A DNA stretch of 64,000 nt from Thecamonas trahens ATCC 50062 (taxonomy: Eukaryota > Protista > Apusomonadida). The translations under genes were made by a program, and so were the position numbers. The notes below the pieces were generated by a model. It saw nothing but the letters and a program-made list of their open reading frames with translations. It did no database searches and was not told the DNA's origin. The stretch covers positions 62,001 through 126,000 of the forward strand of contig NW_013657632.1 in NCBI RefSeq assembly GCF_000142905.1. Reading direction: 5' to 3'. Positions within the stretch are counted from its first letter, which is position 1. Each line of letters opens with the position of its first letter. Positions 42,491 through 52,476 of the stretch are shown here, piece after piece.

Positions 42491-42789
42491 GCAGAGATGG
42501 ATAGGGGGGAGATAGGAGAAAGGTGGTGTTTGGCGGGTGAATGGGTGGGTGGGTGGGTGGTGGCTACGGTGCGGCACCTGTGGCATTTCGCCGAATGATG
42601 GAAGGGGGGGGGGAAGGGGGGGAGGGGGAGGAGGGCCACCAGCCCACCGCCCCAACTCCTGCCACCACACACACACAGACACGCACACGCATACACACAC
42701 ACCTCACCACAGCCACTAGCCTCACCACAACCACAACCACCACACACACACACACATACACACACATACTCTCTCTCTCTGTCTCTGCC

Positions 42790-45240
42790 ATGCCCAAGAA
42801 GCTCTACCTGCACTATGAAGGCACTCCCGACTTTACCTACATCGCCCAGGTGGAGGCCGGAACTACCGTGGCTGCCCTTGCTGCCTCCTTTGCCACCGCA
42901 TACGCCTCCGCCCATCCTGCTGCTGGGCTCACGGGTCTAGTCCTCACCAATGACGAGTACGCCCCGTCTGTCTGTCTCTCTCTTTCTCTTTCCTCCTTCC
43001 TTCCCTCTCCTCCCTCTCCCTTTCCTCCCTACTCACCCCACCCCTCCCACAGTGGCCTCCCGCTCGCCGATGCAGACCTCGAGGATCTGGACGCGGGCGA
43101 TGACGTCCTGATCGAGGCGGAGGTCAGCAAGCCCCAGACGTCACAGCAGAGCCCGGCTCTATCCCCTTCCGCCCCGTCGGCTTCTGTGTCTCCTGCGGCG
43201 TCTACTTCTGCTCGCCACACGGCCGCGGCGGCGGTGGCCCAGGCCGCGGCGTCGTCGTCGTCGCAGGCGGCCAACATGTCGACGGCGGTTGAAGTCGTCT
43301 CGCGGTCGCTGACCACCGCTCAGGCACTCACGGCCAAGAAGGCGTACCGCCGCGCCATTGAGGTCTATGAGCAGATCATCGCAGCCATGCCGCAGCTCCC
43401 GCAGCCGTACATTGGCATGGCCCAGATCTTGATCGCCATTCGCGACTTTGCGGCAGCGACGAACATTGCCGATCGCGGCCTAGCCATGCTGGCAGAGAGC
43501 CCACCGCTCCTGGCTGCCATCGGCCTCGACGTGGCGCAGGCCCGTATCTCGCTCCTTCGCCTTAAGGCCTCAGCTCTCGGCGACGCCAAAAAGTACAAGA
43601 AGGCCATTGCTGTTTTCACCGACGCCCTCGAGCTCGCCGACAAATCCGACAAGGCTGCTGATGCTCTTGACATCCAGGTCGCTATCGGCGAGGTCCTCTA
43701 CGCGTCTGGCGAAGAGGACGCTGGCATCACCCTCTTCCAGAATGTGCTCAAGATCAACGAGTCGCACTTTGACGGCCTTTACAACTTTGCGATTGCCTGC
43801 GGCGACCGTGGCCGCCCGCTCGAGGCCCTCAGCGTCTTCCTGAAGCTGTTGGTGGCAGAACAGAAGCACAAAGGCGTCCGTGCCCGCATCACCGACATCG
43901 TCATGGCCGACGGTGGTATGGACCTTCTCGACGCCGCCATCCAGGACGCCGCAAAGTCACCGGCAGCGCTCGCCTTTTTGGGCCTGCTCATCAAGGAAAA
44001 CTCGGCGCTCGACAGCTCAGTTGCGCTTTACGAGCGCGCACTCGCCGGCGCGCCAGACTCGGCCTCGTATGTCCTTAATCTGGTCCACGGCTACGAGATT
44101 TGCGCTCAGTACGGTCAGGCATGGGCAGCAGCTATGAAGTTCTGTGCTGCCAACTCCGCGCTCGGCGTGGGCGGCTTGACCTGTGCCCGAGTTCTCAAGG
44201 CGCTCGGCGGTCTCAGCTCGCCGATCGGGCTTCCCACGGCCTCGGCCTTTCTACCTGACTCGGACATTGTTGCGGCTGCTGGCTGTAGCTACGACCCTAC
44301 GCTTCCATACAACACGCTCGAGCTGGTGGCTGGCGGTACAAACCTCTCGGACTCGCCGGCGACCGCTGCCGGCATGCTTGATGACGCCGAACTGGTCGAG
44401 GTCATCGGGTACGACGCCCGTGAACTGGACCTCCTTGCTCTATTCTGCACCTTGGTCAAGATCCTGTTTAACGTCGGCGCTCTCCCGCCCACCGCCGCGC
44501 TCATCCCACTCATCGACGAGATCCGTGGCACGCGCCCCATTCACCGGACTACCATCCGCAACGAGCATGCGTATTACTGCTGTATTGCCCAGCTTCTCGC
44601 GTACCCGACTTCTGTGCCGGATCCGGAGATGCCAGTGGTGTACGTTGCCGGCGACTCGCACTCGCAGACGCCCGCCTGGCGTGTGGTCGCCCTCAATGGC
44701 ACTCCGCACCTCCTCGTACCCCGCCTTGTCACCGGGCTCAAGATTTGGCACCTGCGCGAGGAATCGCGATTCTACCCCAAAGCCAACTTTTGGCGGGTCA
44801 TCGACACCATTCCCGACGGCGCCACTGTTCTCACTATGTTTGGCGAGATTGATTGCCGCGAGGGCTTCCTCGTCGCCGTCGCCAAGCGCATCTACGAGAC
44901 CGTCGAGGAGGCTGCCCGCGTCACCGTCAACATCTACATCAAGACCATGCTCCGCCTCGTCAATGACCGCAAGCTCACATTCCTCGTCCATCCGGCCGTC
45001 CCAGTCCTCAACGAGACCCGCTCGGTAGTCACCATGTTCAACACCGTGCTCGGCGCCAAGCTGACACAGCTCAATCATGCGTCGATCAAGTGGCTGCCGT
45101 TCTTCGACGCCATGCTTGACCCGGCTGACAGCTCGGCGCTCAACCCCGCCTTTGAGCTCGACGGAACTCACCTCAACCCGACGTACCTCGACGTGCTTCA
45201 ATCCGGCCTTGATGCTGCTCTGGCCAACTCTACTTCATGA
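42790..45240 (+). CDS. Ubiquitin-like/TPR/SGNH-hydrolase-like protein; join(42790..42956,43053..45240)
   Basis: In-frame 96-nt GTACGC...CAG intron; TPRs; C-terminal VYVAGDSH and LDGTHLNP motifs. Confidence 0.75.
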   Translation: MPKKLYLHYEGTPDFTYIAQVEAGTTVAALAASFATAYASAHPAAGLTGLVLTNDEYAPSVCLSLSLSSFLPSPPSPFPPYSPHPSHSGLPLADADLEDLDAGDDVLIEAEVSKPQTSQQSPALSPSAPSASVSPAASTSARHTAAAAVAQAAASSSSQAANMSTAVEVVSRSLTTAQALTAKKAYRRAIEVYEQIIAAMPQLPQPYIGMAQILIAIRDFAAATNIADRGLAMLAESPPLLAAIGLDVAQARISLLRLKASALGDAKKYKKAIAVFTDALELADKSDKAADALDIQVAIGEVLYASGEEDAGITLFQNVLKINESHFDGLYNFAIACGDRGRPLEALSVFLKLLVAEQKHKGVRARITDIVMADGGMDLLDAAIQDAAKSPAALAFLGLLIKENSALDSSVALYERALAGAPDSASYVLNLVHGYEICAQYGQAWAAAMKFCAANSALGVGGLTCARVLKALGGLSSPIGLPTASAFLPDSDIVAAAGCSYDPTLPYNTLELVAGGTNLSDSPATAAGMLDDAELVEVIGYDARELDLLALFCTLVKILFNVGALPPTAALIPLIDEIRGTRPIHRTTIRNEHAYYCCIAQLLAYPTSVPDPEMPVVYVAGDSHSQTPAWRVVALNGTPHLLVPRLVTGLKIWHLREESRFYPKANFWRVIDTIPDGATVLTMFGEIDCREGFLVAVAKRIYETVEEAARVTVNIYIKTMLRLVNDRKLTFLVHPAVPVLNETRSVVTMFNTVLGAKLTQLNHASIKWLPFFDAMLDPADSSALNPAFELDGTHLNPTYLDVLQSGLDAALANSTS

Positions 45241-48200
45241 GGTAAGACCGCAAGTGCGCAATGCTCTGCGGCTGCTTCACGCTGATGGTGTTGATGACCC
45301 GCACAGGCGCCGCACCGACGTTGATCTGCGTCAAGTACGTCACCATCGTCTGGCTTGGATCGTCCGCCAGCGGCTTCAGATGCCAGCCAGAGGCGTAAAC
45401 CTCACCGCGGACCACCGACTCGTCCTCGGGCTTCTCCGGCACCGTAATCGAGCGACCGGCAGCCACAAAACTCCCGTCCGCCGCCGCAGCTTGGTGCAGA
45501 ACAACCACAAAGTCCCGCGCGTGTGTCAGCAAGCACGCCTTAGCCTCGTGCAGCATCCACACAACCCGTGTCTGGTCATCGATCTGGTTGATGATCGAGT
45601 AGTCGCGCAGCAGCCGGTCATACTCGAGTCGGTGTGCCATGTTGCACAGCGTAGTGTAGATTGTTGCCGCAGGCAGTGGAATAACGCCCTTGCCCAGAAA
45701 AGCGTGGATTGAGTAGCCTGGTACACGCTTGCGGAACGTCACCACATCGTTCTTGTCGTTGACATACGACCATCCGTGGGCTTCGGCCACACTCTTGGTC
45801 TCCTTGTAGTTGCTTGGTGTGACCGCGGCCATGCTCTCTGCTGTGTGCTGCACATCGAGCGCCGCCATCATGCCGGTTTGCCGGATTGCTGCCAAATGCT
45901 CCGGCAAGGCCGGTATCGGGGCCTCGGTTTCGTTATTGGCCGCAGCCTGCTCGACCTCCTCCTTGGCCGTGTCGTCGTCGATCTTCAACACAGTTGGCGG
46001 AGTATTAGCAACTGCCGGCGGTGGTGGCGGTGTAAAGACGTAGTCTTCAAGCGGCATGTTTGCCACAACCGACCGCAGCCCATCGATGCACATCGGTGCC
46101 TTGGACGTCGCTTTGTTCACCACAGATGCCGGCAGCGAGCCCGCAAGATCCACTTGCGCCGCATACGTCGCTCGGCACTGCAGCGGCTCGCCCTCCACAG
46201 GCTCGAGAATCCACCCGCCAATCTCCACCCGTGCTCGTACATGAGACTTCTTCGGCTCGCACACCGCGTCGTCCACAGAGAAAAACGCAATCACAATCGT
46301 CCCGTCCTCGTACTCCTTCTCGTGCTGGAGCGTCAGGAAGTCCCGCGCCGTCGTTGGCCACACTCGCTTGAACGACGAGTAGTTGAGCATTGTCCACTCG
46401 TCGAGCTCTTCCACAGTGTATGCGTCGTCAAGCATGTCGTCGTACTCGCCCTTGCGCGAGATGTCACGAACGACCTCGGCGATCGCCCTCGGCGGCGCGT
46501 TGATCATCCCGGTCCCCTTGACCTGCTGCAACGGCGAGCCATCGACGGTCTTGCGGAGAATAACCACGTCATTGGCCTCATGGAATGGCTCCCAGCCGTT
46601 TGGTGTGTTGACCATGTCACGGACCTGGTCGTGTGACTCGAGGCAGATAGCCGCATACCGATGTGTGGGTGTGTAGCCCGAGTCAACGCCCCATGTCGTT
46701 CGGGTCCTCTGCAGGCGCCGGCAACGATCCAGGATCATCCGCGTCGATCTTCAACACAGTTGGCTTGATGACGCAGCCGGTACAGGCGGTGGTGGCGGTG
46801 TAAAGACGTAGTCTTCAAGCGGCATGTTTGCCACAACCGACCGCAGCCCATCGATGCACATCGGTGCCTTGGACGTCGCTTTGTTCACCACAGATGCCGG
46901 CAGTGAGCCCGCAAGATCCACTTGCGCCGCATACGTCGCTCGGCACTGCAGCGGCTCGCCCTCCACGGGCTCGAGAATCCACCCGCCAATCTCCACCCGT
47001 GCTCGTACATGAGACTTCTTCGGCTCGCACACCGCGTCGTCCACAGAGAAAAACGCAATCACAATCGTCCCGTCCTCGTACTCCTTCTCGTGCTGGAGCG
47101 TCAGGAAGTCCCGCGCCGTCGTTGGCCACACTCGCTTGAACGACGAGTAGTTGAGCATTGTCCACTCGTCGAGCTCTTCCACAGTGTATGCGTCGTCAAG
47201 CATGTCGTCGTACTCGCCCTTGCGCGAGATGTCACGAACGACCTCGGCGATCGCCCTCGGCGGCGCGTTGATCATCCCGGTCCCCTTGACCTGCTGCAAC
47301 GGCGAGCCATCGACGGTCTTGCGGAGAATAATCACGTCATTGGCCTCATGGAATGGCTCCCAACCGTTCGGTGTGTTGACCATGTCACGGACCTGGTCGT
47401 GTGACTCGAGGCAGATAGCCGCATACCGATGTGTGGGTGTGTAGCCCGAGTCAACCCCCATGTCGTTCGGGTCCTCTGCTGGCGCCGGCAACGATCCAGG
47501 ATCATCCGCGTCGACCTTGTCTGCGTTGAGGCTTGATGACGCAGACGGTACAGGCGGCGATGGCGGGGTAAAAACGTAGTCTTCAAGCGGCATGTTTGCC
47601 ACAACCGACCGCAGCCCATCGATGCACATCGGTGCCTTGGACGTCGCTTTGTTCACCACAGATGCCGGCAGCGAGCCCGCAAGATCCACTTGCGCCGCAT
47701 ACGTCGCTCGGCACTGCAGCGGCTCGCCCTCCACAGGCTCGAGAATCCACCCGCCAATCTCCACCCGTGCTCGTACATGAGACTTCTTCGGCTCGCACAC
47801 CGCGTCGTCCACAGAGAAAAACGCAATCACAATCGTCCCGTCCTCGTACTCCTTCTCGTGCTGGAGCGTCAGGAAGTCCCGCGCCGTCGTTGGCCACACT
47901 CGCTTGAACGACGAGTAGTTGAGCATTGTCCACTCGTCGAGCTCTTCCACAGTGTATGCGTCGTCAAGCATGTCGTCGTACTCGCCCTTGCGCGAGATGT
48001 CACGAACGACCTCGGCGATCGCCCTCGGCGGCGCGTTGATCATCCCGGTCCCCTTGACCTGCTGCAACGGCGAGCCATCGACGGTCTTGCGGAGAATAAC
48101 CACGTCATTGGCCTCATGGAATGGCTCCCAGCCGTTTGGTGTGTTGACCATGTCACGGACCCGGTCGTGTGACTCGAGGCAGATAGCCGCATACCGATGC

Positions 48201-48634
48201 GTGGGAGCGTACTCAGGCACAGCCTCTGTCATCACCTCTTGCATCAGCTCCGTGCGCTTCTGTGGATCGTCTCTCCTGGACACCGAAGAAGTGTGGGCGG
48301 CGACGGCGGTGGCCGCGATGACCGCACTCGCACCCACAGCACCACTCGCCGCACCATGTGCAGTACTCCCCGAGCCCCGAGCCGACCGGACGGGCTTCTG
48401 TCGAGCGATCCGCTCCAACTTCTTCTCCACCTCGCTGTATCTCTCACAATAAGTCTGTGCCCATCACCACATAAGCTTTCCATGGCATGCCGGTGGGGGG
48501 GGGGGGAGGTCGAAGGTCGGCTCGTACCGTATGCGACCGGCGTGCATGGTGTGGACAGAAAAGGCGGTGGCAGCAGCAGCTAGCCCTGCCGTGGTCATGC
48601 ATAGGAGAACAAGGAGCCACCAAGCGATCTCCAT
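45230..48634 (-). CDS. N-terminally anchored protein with four START lipid-transfer domains; complement(join(45230..48434,48528..48634)), local break at 46687-46765
   Basis: Exon 1 MEIAWWLLVLLCMTTAGLAAAATAFSV; GTACGA...CAG intron in phase; START motifs RKGEYDDML, VWPTTARDF, GWILEP x3 plus a divergent fourth copy. Confidence 0.85.
46020..48201. repeat. Three near-identical tandem copies, 768-bp period
   Basis: Identical shadow ORFs at 46056/46824/47592; very few substitutions between copies. Confidence 0.95.
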
Positions 48635-49074
48635 CCTTCGGGTGGGGTCGGGCTCGTCTGAGATGAGTGTGGCTGCGGGCTGAGGGACAAGGCCTGTGAC
48701 TCATTCTGTGCCTTCGCCGCGAAGACACGGCCATCAACACGAGGGGATGACAATGGGAGTGCCACCGATGGACGACATGGTCTTATACACATGCTAACAG
48801 TGGGTATGATGGTGTTACTTGGTGGTTGGAGCTGAAGATGGGTGTGGTCACAGCCTTTGTCAACATCATCACCATTGTCGCCATTGTCGCCAACGTCGAC
48901 ATCGTCGTCGAAGGACTGGCCATGACTGTTGTCGAGTGGCATGCCCCAGATGAAGAAGCGCAGCTGTAGTCATCGGTGCAGAGGTGTCAGACCAAACATA
49001 TGCCGGATTTCCCTTTCTCTCACCCTGTGTCGCTTCCGACGATTCGGTGCACACTGTGTGGCATTAGTATCGCT

Positions 49075-49782
49075 TCATGGACTGGTTCCGTCAAAGTAGA
49101 GGCGATCGGCAGCCACGACAGGGCGAGTCCGGGACACGCCTTCGTGATAGCGCAACCGCTGGAAAGTGAGTGACTTGATCCGGGCTGCATCGCGCTCGGA
49201 CGCGGCTTTGTTGGCAGCAGCAGCGACCTCGGCGTTGTGGTTGTTGATCTTGCGGATGCGCGCAGTCCGAGTCTCACGAGCAATGGTTGCCTCTGTTCGA
49301 TCACGGTCCGAGACAGGCGACGACAGATATGATGTGCGGTATGCCTTGTCTGGCGAGAGGTAGAACGGCGAGATTGGCGAGGGTGAGAGGGTGGCGCCTA
49401 CAAGACTCCGTCGACGCTCGCGGACTGAGCGCCGAAACCGTCGCCCACCCTTCTCGGTCTCGGCTCTCCGGCTGCGGTGCCGTCGCAGCTCGGCGCCTGC
49501 GCCTGCCTCTCTGATCGCCAGCACCGACTCTGACCGCCGCACCGCAGCTTCCACTCCATCATCTTCAGAGTCTTCATCCAAACGATTGCGGTAGAGACTG
49601 GTGTGGAAGGGTGGTGAGACCGGGCGATTCCGCCGCCACGTCCGCTTGCCAACGGCTCGAGCAGGCTCGCGCTTCCTTGCCATGGACGGTAGAGACCTCT
49701 GCTTCTTGTTGACTGACGCTGGTGGCCGTCTCCGTAGCCGTAACACCTTTGGTCCATGCGTCGACGCTATTGGTGTGTACAT
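49075..49782 (-). CDS. Hypothetical basic protein with C-terminal coiled coil
   Basis: ORF ending in helical RDAARIKSLTFQRLRYHEGV. Confidence 0.5.
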   Translation of the reverse strand: MYTPIASTHGPKVLRLRRRPPASVNKKQRSLPSMARKREPARAVGKRTWRRNRPVSPPFHTSLYRNRLDEDSEDDGVEAAVRRSESVLAIREAGAGAELRRHRSRRAETEKGGRRFRRSVRERRRSLVGATLSPSPISPFYLSPDKAYRTSYLSSPVSDRDRTEATIARETRTARIRKINNHNAEVAAAANKAASERDAARIKSLTFQRLRYHEGVSRTRPVVAADRLYFDGTSP

Positions 49783-49930
49783 ATGCCTGTCGTGTTCACG
49801 ACGAGTGAGTCGAGAAGGTGTCCGTTGGACGGTCATTGGTTGATCACTGCTCAGTCGGGGCTAACAGAGAGTTGCACGAGAGCAGGTACCAGAAACGTTG
49901 ATGTAATGTTATGGAGAAGATGAAAGCAGG

Positions 49931-52264
49931 TTACGAGACAACGGCTTCGCGCAGCTCGGCAACAGCACGACCAGTGCCGGCGCGTGAAGCCTGCTCGCGC
50001 TGATCGATCCGAAGCTTGACTGACATGTCGACGAGGAGTGAGAGATCGTAGATGAGAGCGGCAAAGGCAGCAAAGACAGCAAGCCAGCCAAAGTCTGGCG
50101 AGGTAGCGAGGGAAACGGCAAAGATGGTGTGCGGAACAAGTCGGAGAAAGACTGACCCGGCGATAGCAGCGACCCATGTGAGGATGTACCCGAAACGTGG
50201 GATCGGCGACGAGGCGAGACTCGTGCCGCGCGCGCGGACAATGGTTCGCACATCCATGGCAACGCTGCCGATGTCGCCCAGCATGAACATGGCCAGCGAG
50301 CCAACACCAAAGCCAGAAAAGGTGACAGCCCATGCCCACGGCTGGATGAAGAACAGAACCAGCGCGCGCCATGATGCCACCCCGCTACGGAGCATGACAA
50401 CAAGCTCGCCGAGGTAGAGTCCGGCACCCGCCAGCACCGCGAAGCCATGAGCGGTTTCGCGCGCATCGTGGCCATGGCCACGCGCGACAGCAGCAGGTTC
50501 GGCGGCAGCGAGGGCGACCCAGGCAAGGGCAAGACCACTCCAAAGAAAGGCATGGACCTTGTGATGACCACCGTCGCCGACGGTGTTAAAGCCAGCAACG
50601 GCAGCGGCAAGCGCTATCGGCATGATGAGCATGTGCAGCCCGGCATGGGCCGCACTCGACGCCACCGCCACCATCCAAAGCGACACCACAAATGGTGCGA
50701 CCCAGGCCAGGCGCTTGTTGCGCGGCTTGGCTCGATCTTCAGCGAGTCCGGGGAGGGGCAGTTCATCTGTTGGCGGCGCTGGCGCCTTCTTGACATACCG
50801 AAGATGCCAGTCGTGGATGGCGCCTTGCGCAAAGCCGACCTCGCAGTACGCAAAGTAGAACTCCCACATCTTGACGAAACGTGTACCGAGTGACTCGGTG
50901 AGAGAGGCACGATGAGATAAGAAACGCTCCCGCCACATCCGGAGAGTGATGGCGTAGTCAGGCCCGATGTCGTCGACAGACTCGAGCTCCAAGCTCGTGT
51001 CGCCAGTCGCCCAAGCCAGCGCGTCAAGGCACGGCAGGTGGCCGCCCGGGAAGATGAACCGCCGGATAAAGTCCGATCCACGCATGTACGCCTCATACCG
51101 GCTGTTGGGCAGGCCAATGACCTGGATCAGTGCACTGGCGTCCGTGTTGGGCTTGAGCATGCGGTCGACAACCTCAAAGTAGCCCGGAAGGTGCTCGTGG
51201 CCAACAGCCTCAAGCATTTCGATCGAGACAACTCGATCAAAGCTGCCTGGCAGCTGCAGCGAGGTCGGGACCGGGAGTTCGTCATCGGCGCCCACCCGCT
51301 TGGAACCGAGTCCCATCAGCCGGTAGTCACAAAGGCAAAGCTCGATGGATGCGTCGAGGCCGAGGGCAGTGACCCTCTTCTGCGCAAGCGCAAGCTGCTC
51401 ACGCGAGATGGTGATGCCAACGAGACGGATGCCGGGAATGGTCGACGCAGCCCGGATGGCAAATGAGCCCCAGCCACACCCGATCTCCAGAATCGAGTCG
51501 CCAGGCTGGATGCCAGCGCGCGCGATGACTGCGTCGAGTTTGGCCAGCTGCCCCGCCTTGAGCGGGAGCTCCGGCGTTGCGTCAAAGTCCCAGTCGGCGG
51601 GGCCGAAACGGCGCGCCTCGCACGCGGTAGTGTGAATGCCAGACGAGTACGACATAGTGTCGTCGAGGAAGAGCTCGTACATGTCGTTGCCAAGATCGTA
51701 GTGCTCTTCGATGTTTTCACGCGAGCCACCAATCGTGTTGGACCGGAGCTGATGCCGCATGTTGTTGACCGCATTTCCTGCGCAGTACAGCGCCGATGCC
51801 GCGGCCAGGGTGGGCATACCGGCCACGAGCGCAGCCAGAGGGCCGGCGTCCAGCAGTTCGGTCGCCCGCCCGAGGTTGTGAGTCATGATCTCCAGCAGCG
51901 CCACCAGGCCTGCGTCAGCCACAAGTTTTTCCGTGCTCGGCCCTTCCATGCTTGCGTCAGCCGGCGCACTCCTGCTGACCACGATCTCAGCCACGTCAAA
52001 CATGCCGCGCATGTAGGCATCACCCAGCCCGATGTCCGAGTCACAGACTACCATGGAGAGCATGTCGGCGTCGTGGATCCAGAGGACAACCGCTCGTTCG
52101 CCGGCGTCGACTGCCTTGGCTGCCGTTGGGTGGCCGAATTGTCCCAGCTCCGAGCCTGACGGGAGTACCACCCGCATGTGGCCGTGGGAGATGCTCTGGT
52201 CGAGCACCTGCTCAAAGAGACGCACATGCGTCGTTTGCGTCCAGTTTAGGCCTGAGTACGCCAT
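49931..52264 (-). CDS. cfa: Cyclopropane-fatty-acyl-phospholipid synthase-family methyltransferase fused to a multi-pass TM (TLC-like) domain
   Basis: IGLGDAYM, NIEEHYDLGNDMYELFLDDTMSYS, LEIGCGWG, SIEMLEAVG, FIFPGG, WEFYFAYCEVGF; then about 6-7 hydrophobic helices. Confidence 0.9.
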   Translation of the reverse strand: MAYSGLNWTQTTHVRLFEQVLDQSISHGHMRVVLPSGSELGQFGHPTAAKAVDAGERAVVLWIHDADMLSMVVCDSDIGLGDAYMRGMFDVAEIVVSRSAPADASMEGPSTEKLVADAGLVALLEIMTHNLGRATELLDAGPLAALVAGMPTLAAASALYCAGNAVNNMRHQLRSNTIGGSRENIEEHYDLGNDMYELFLDDTMSYSSGIHTTACEARRFGPADWDFDATPELPLKAGQLAKLDAVIARAGIQPGDSILEIGCGWGSFAIRAASTIPGIRLVGITISREQLALAQKRVTALGLDASIELCLCDYRLMGLGSKRVGADDELPVPTSLQLPGSFDRVVSIEMLEAVGHEHLPGYFEVVDRMLKPNTDASALIQVIGLPNSRYEAYMRGSDFIRRFIFPGGHLPCLDALAWATGDTSLELESVDDIGPDYAITLRMWRERFLSHRASLTESLGTRFVKMWEFYFAYCEVGFAQGAIHDWHLRYVKKAPAPPTDELPLPGLAEDRAKPRNKRLAWVAPFVVSLWMVAVASSAAHAGLHMLIMPIALAAAVAGFNTVGDGGHHKVHAFLWSGLALAWVALAAAEPAAVARGHGHDARETAHGFAVLAGAGLYLGELVVMLRSGVASWRALVLFFIQPWAWAVTFSGFGVGSLAMFMLGDIGSVAMDVRTIVRARGTSLASSPIPRFGYILTWVAAIAGSVFLRLVPHTIFAVSLATSPDFGWLAVFAAFAALIYDLSLLVDMSVKLRIDQREQASRAGTGRAVAELREAVVS

Positions 52265-52476
52265 CTCTCGCTTATGAAACTTGCTGTGAGTGCCTGTAGG
52301 TGGTGCTGTCGACAGGTGTAGCAAGCAATCGGCTTTGACGAGCCTGTCGTGCAGTGCGGGACAAGCCGTGACAGCGAAAAAGGCAGCGCGTGTACTCCTT
52401 TTCTTTGTTGTTGTTGCTGATTTCAACGTTTCTGGCTGACCAGGCGCGAGGTAGGAGGCCCAGTGTTGTTTCGGCC

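Noticed and set aside
46751-46753. In-frame TGA as selenocysteine or readthrough
   Set aside because: It falls in a short segment shifted by compensating indels relative to the sister repeat; explained without recoding
46020-48201. 768-bp direct repeats as LTRs or a mobile element
   Set aside because: Each unit encodes a START domain in frame; no transposase, RT, TIR or target-site duplication
48700-49070. Possible C/D snoRNA or small gene in the START upstream region
   Set aside because: TATGATGG...CTGA spacing is too short and box C is imperfect; no convincing ORF
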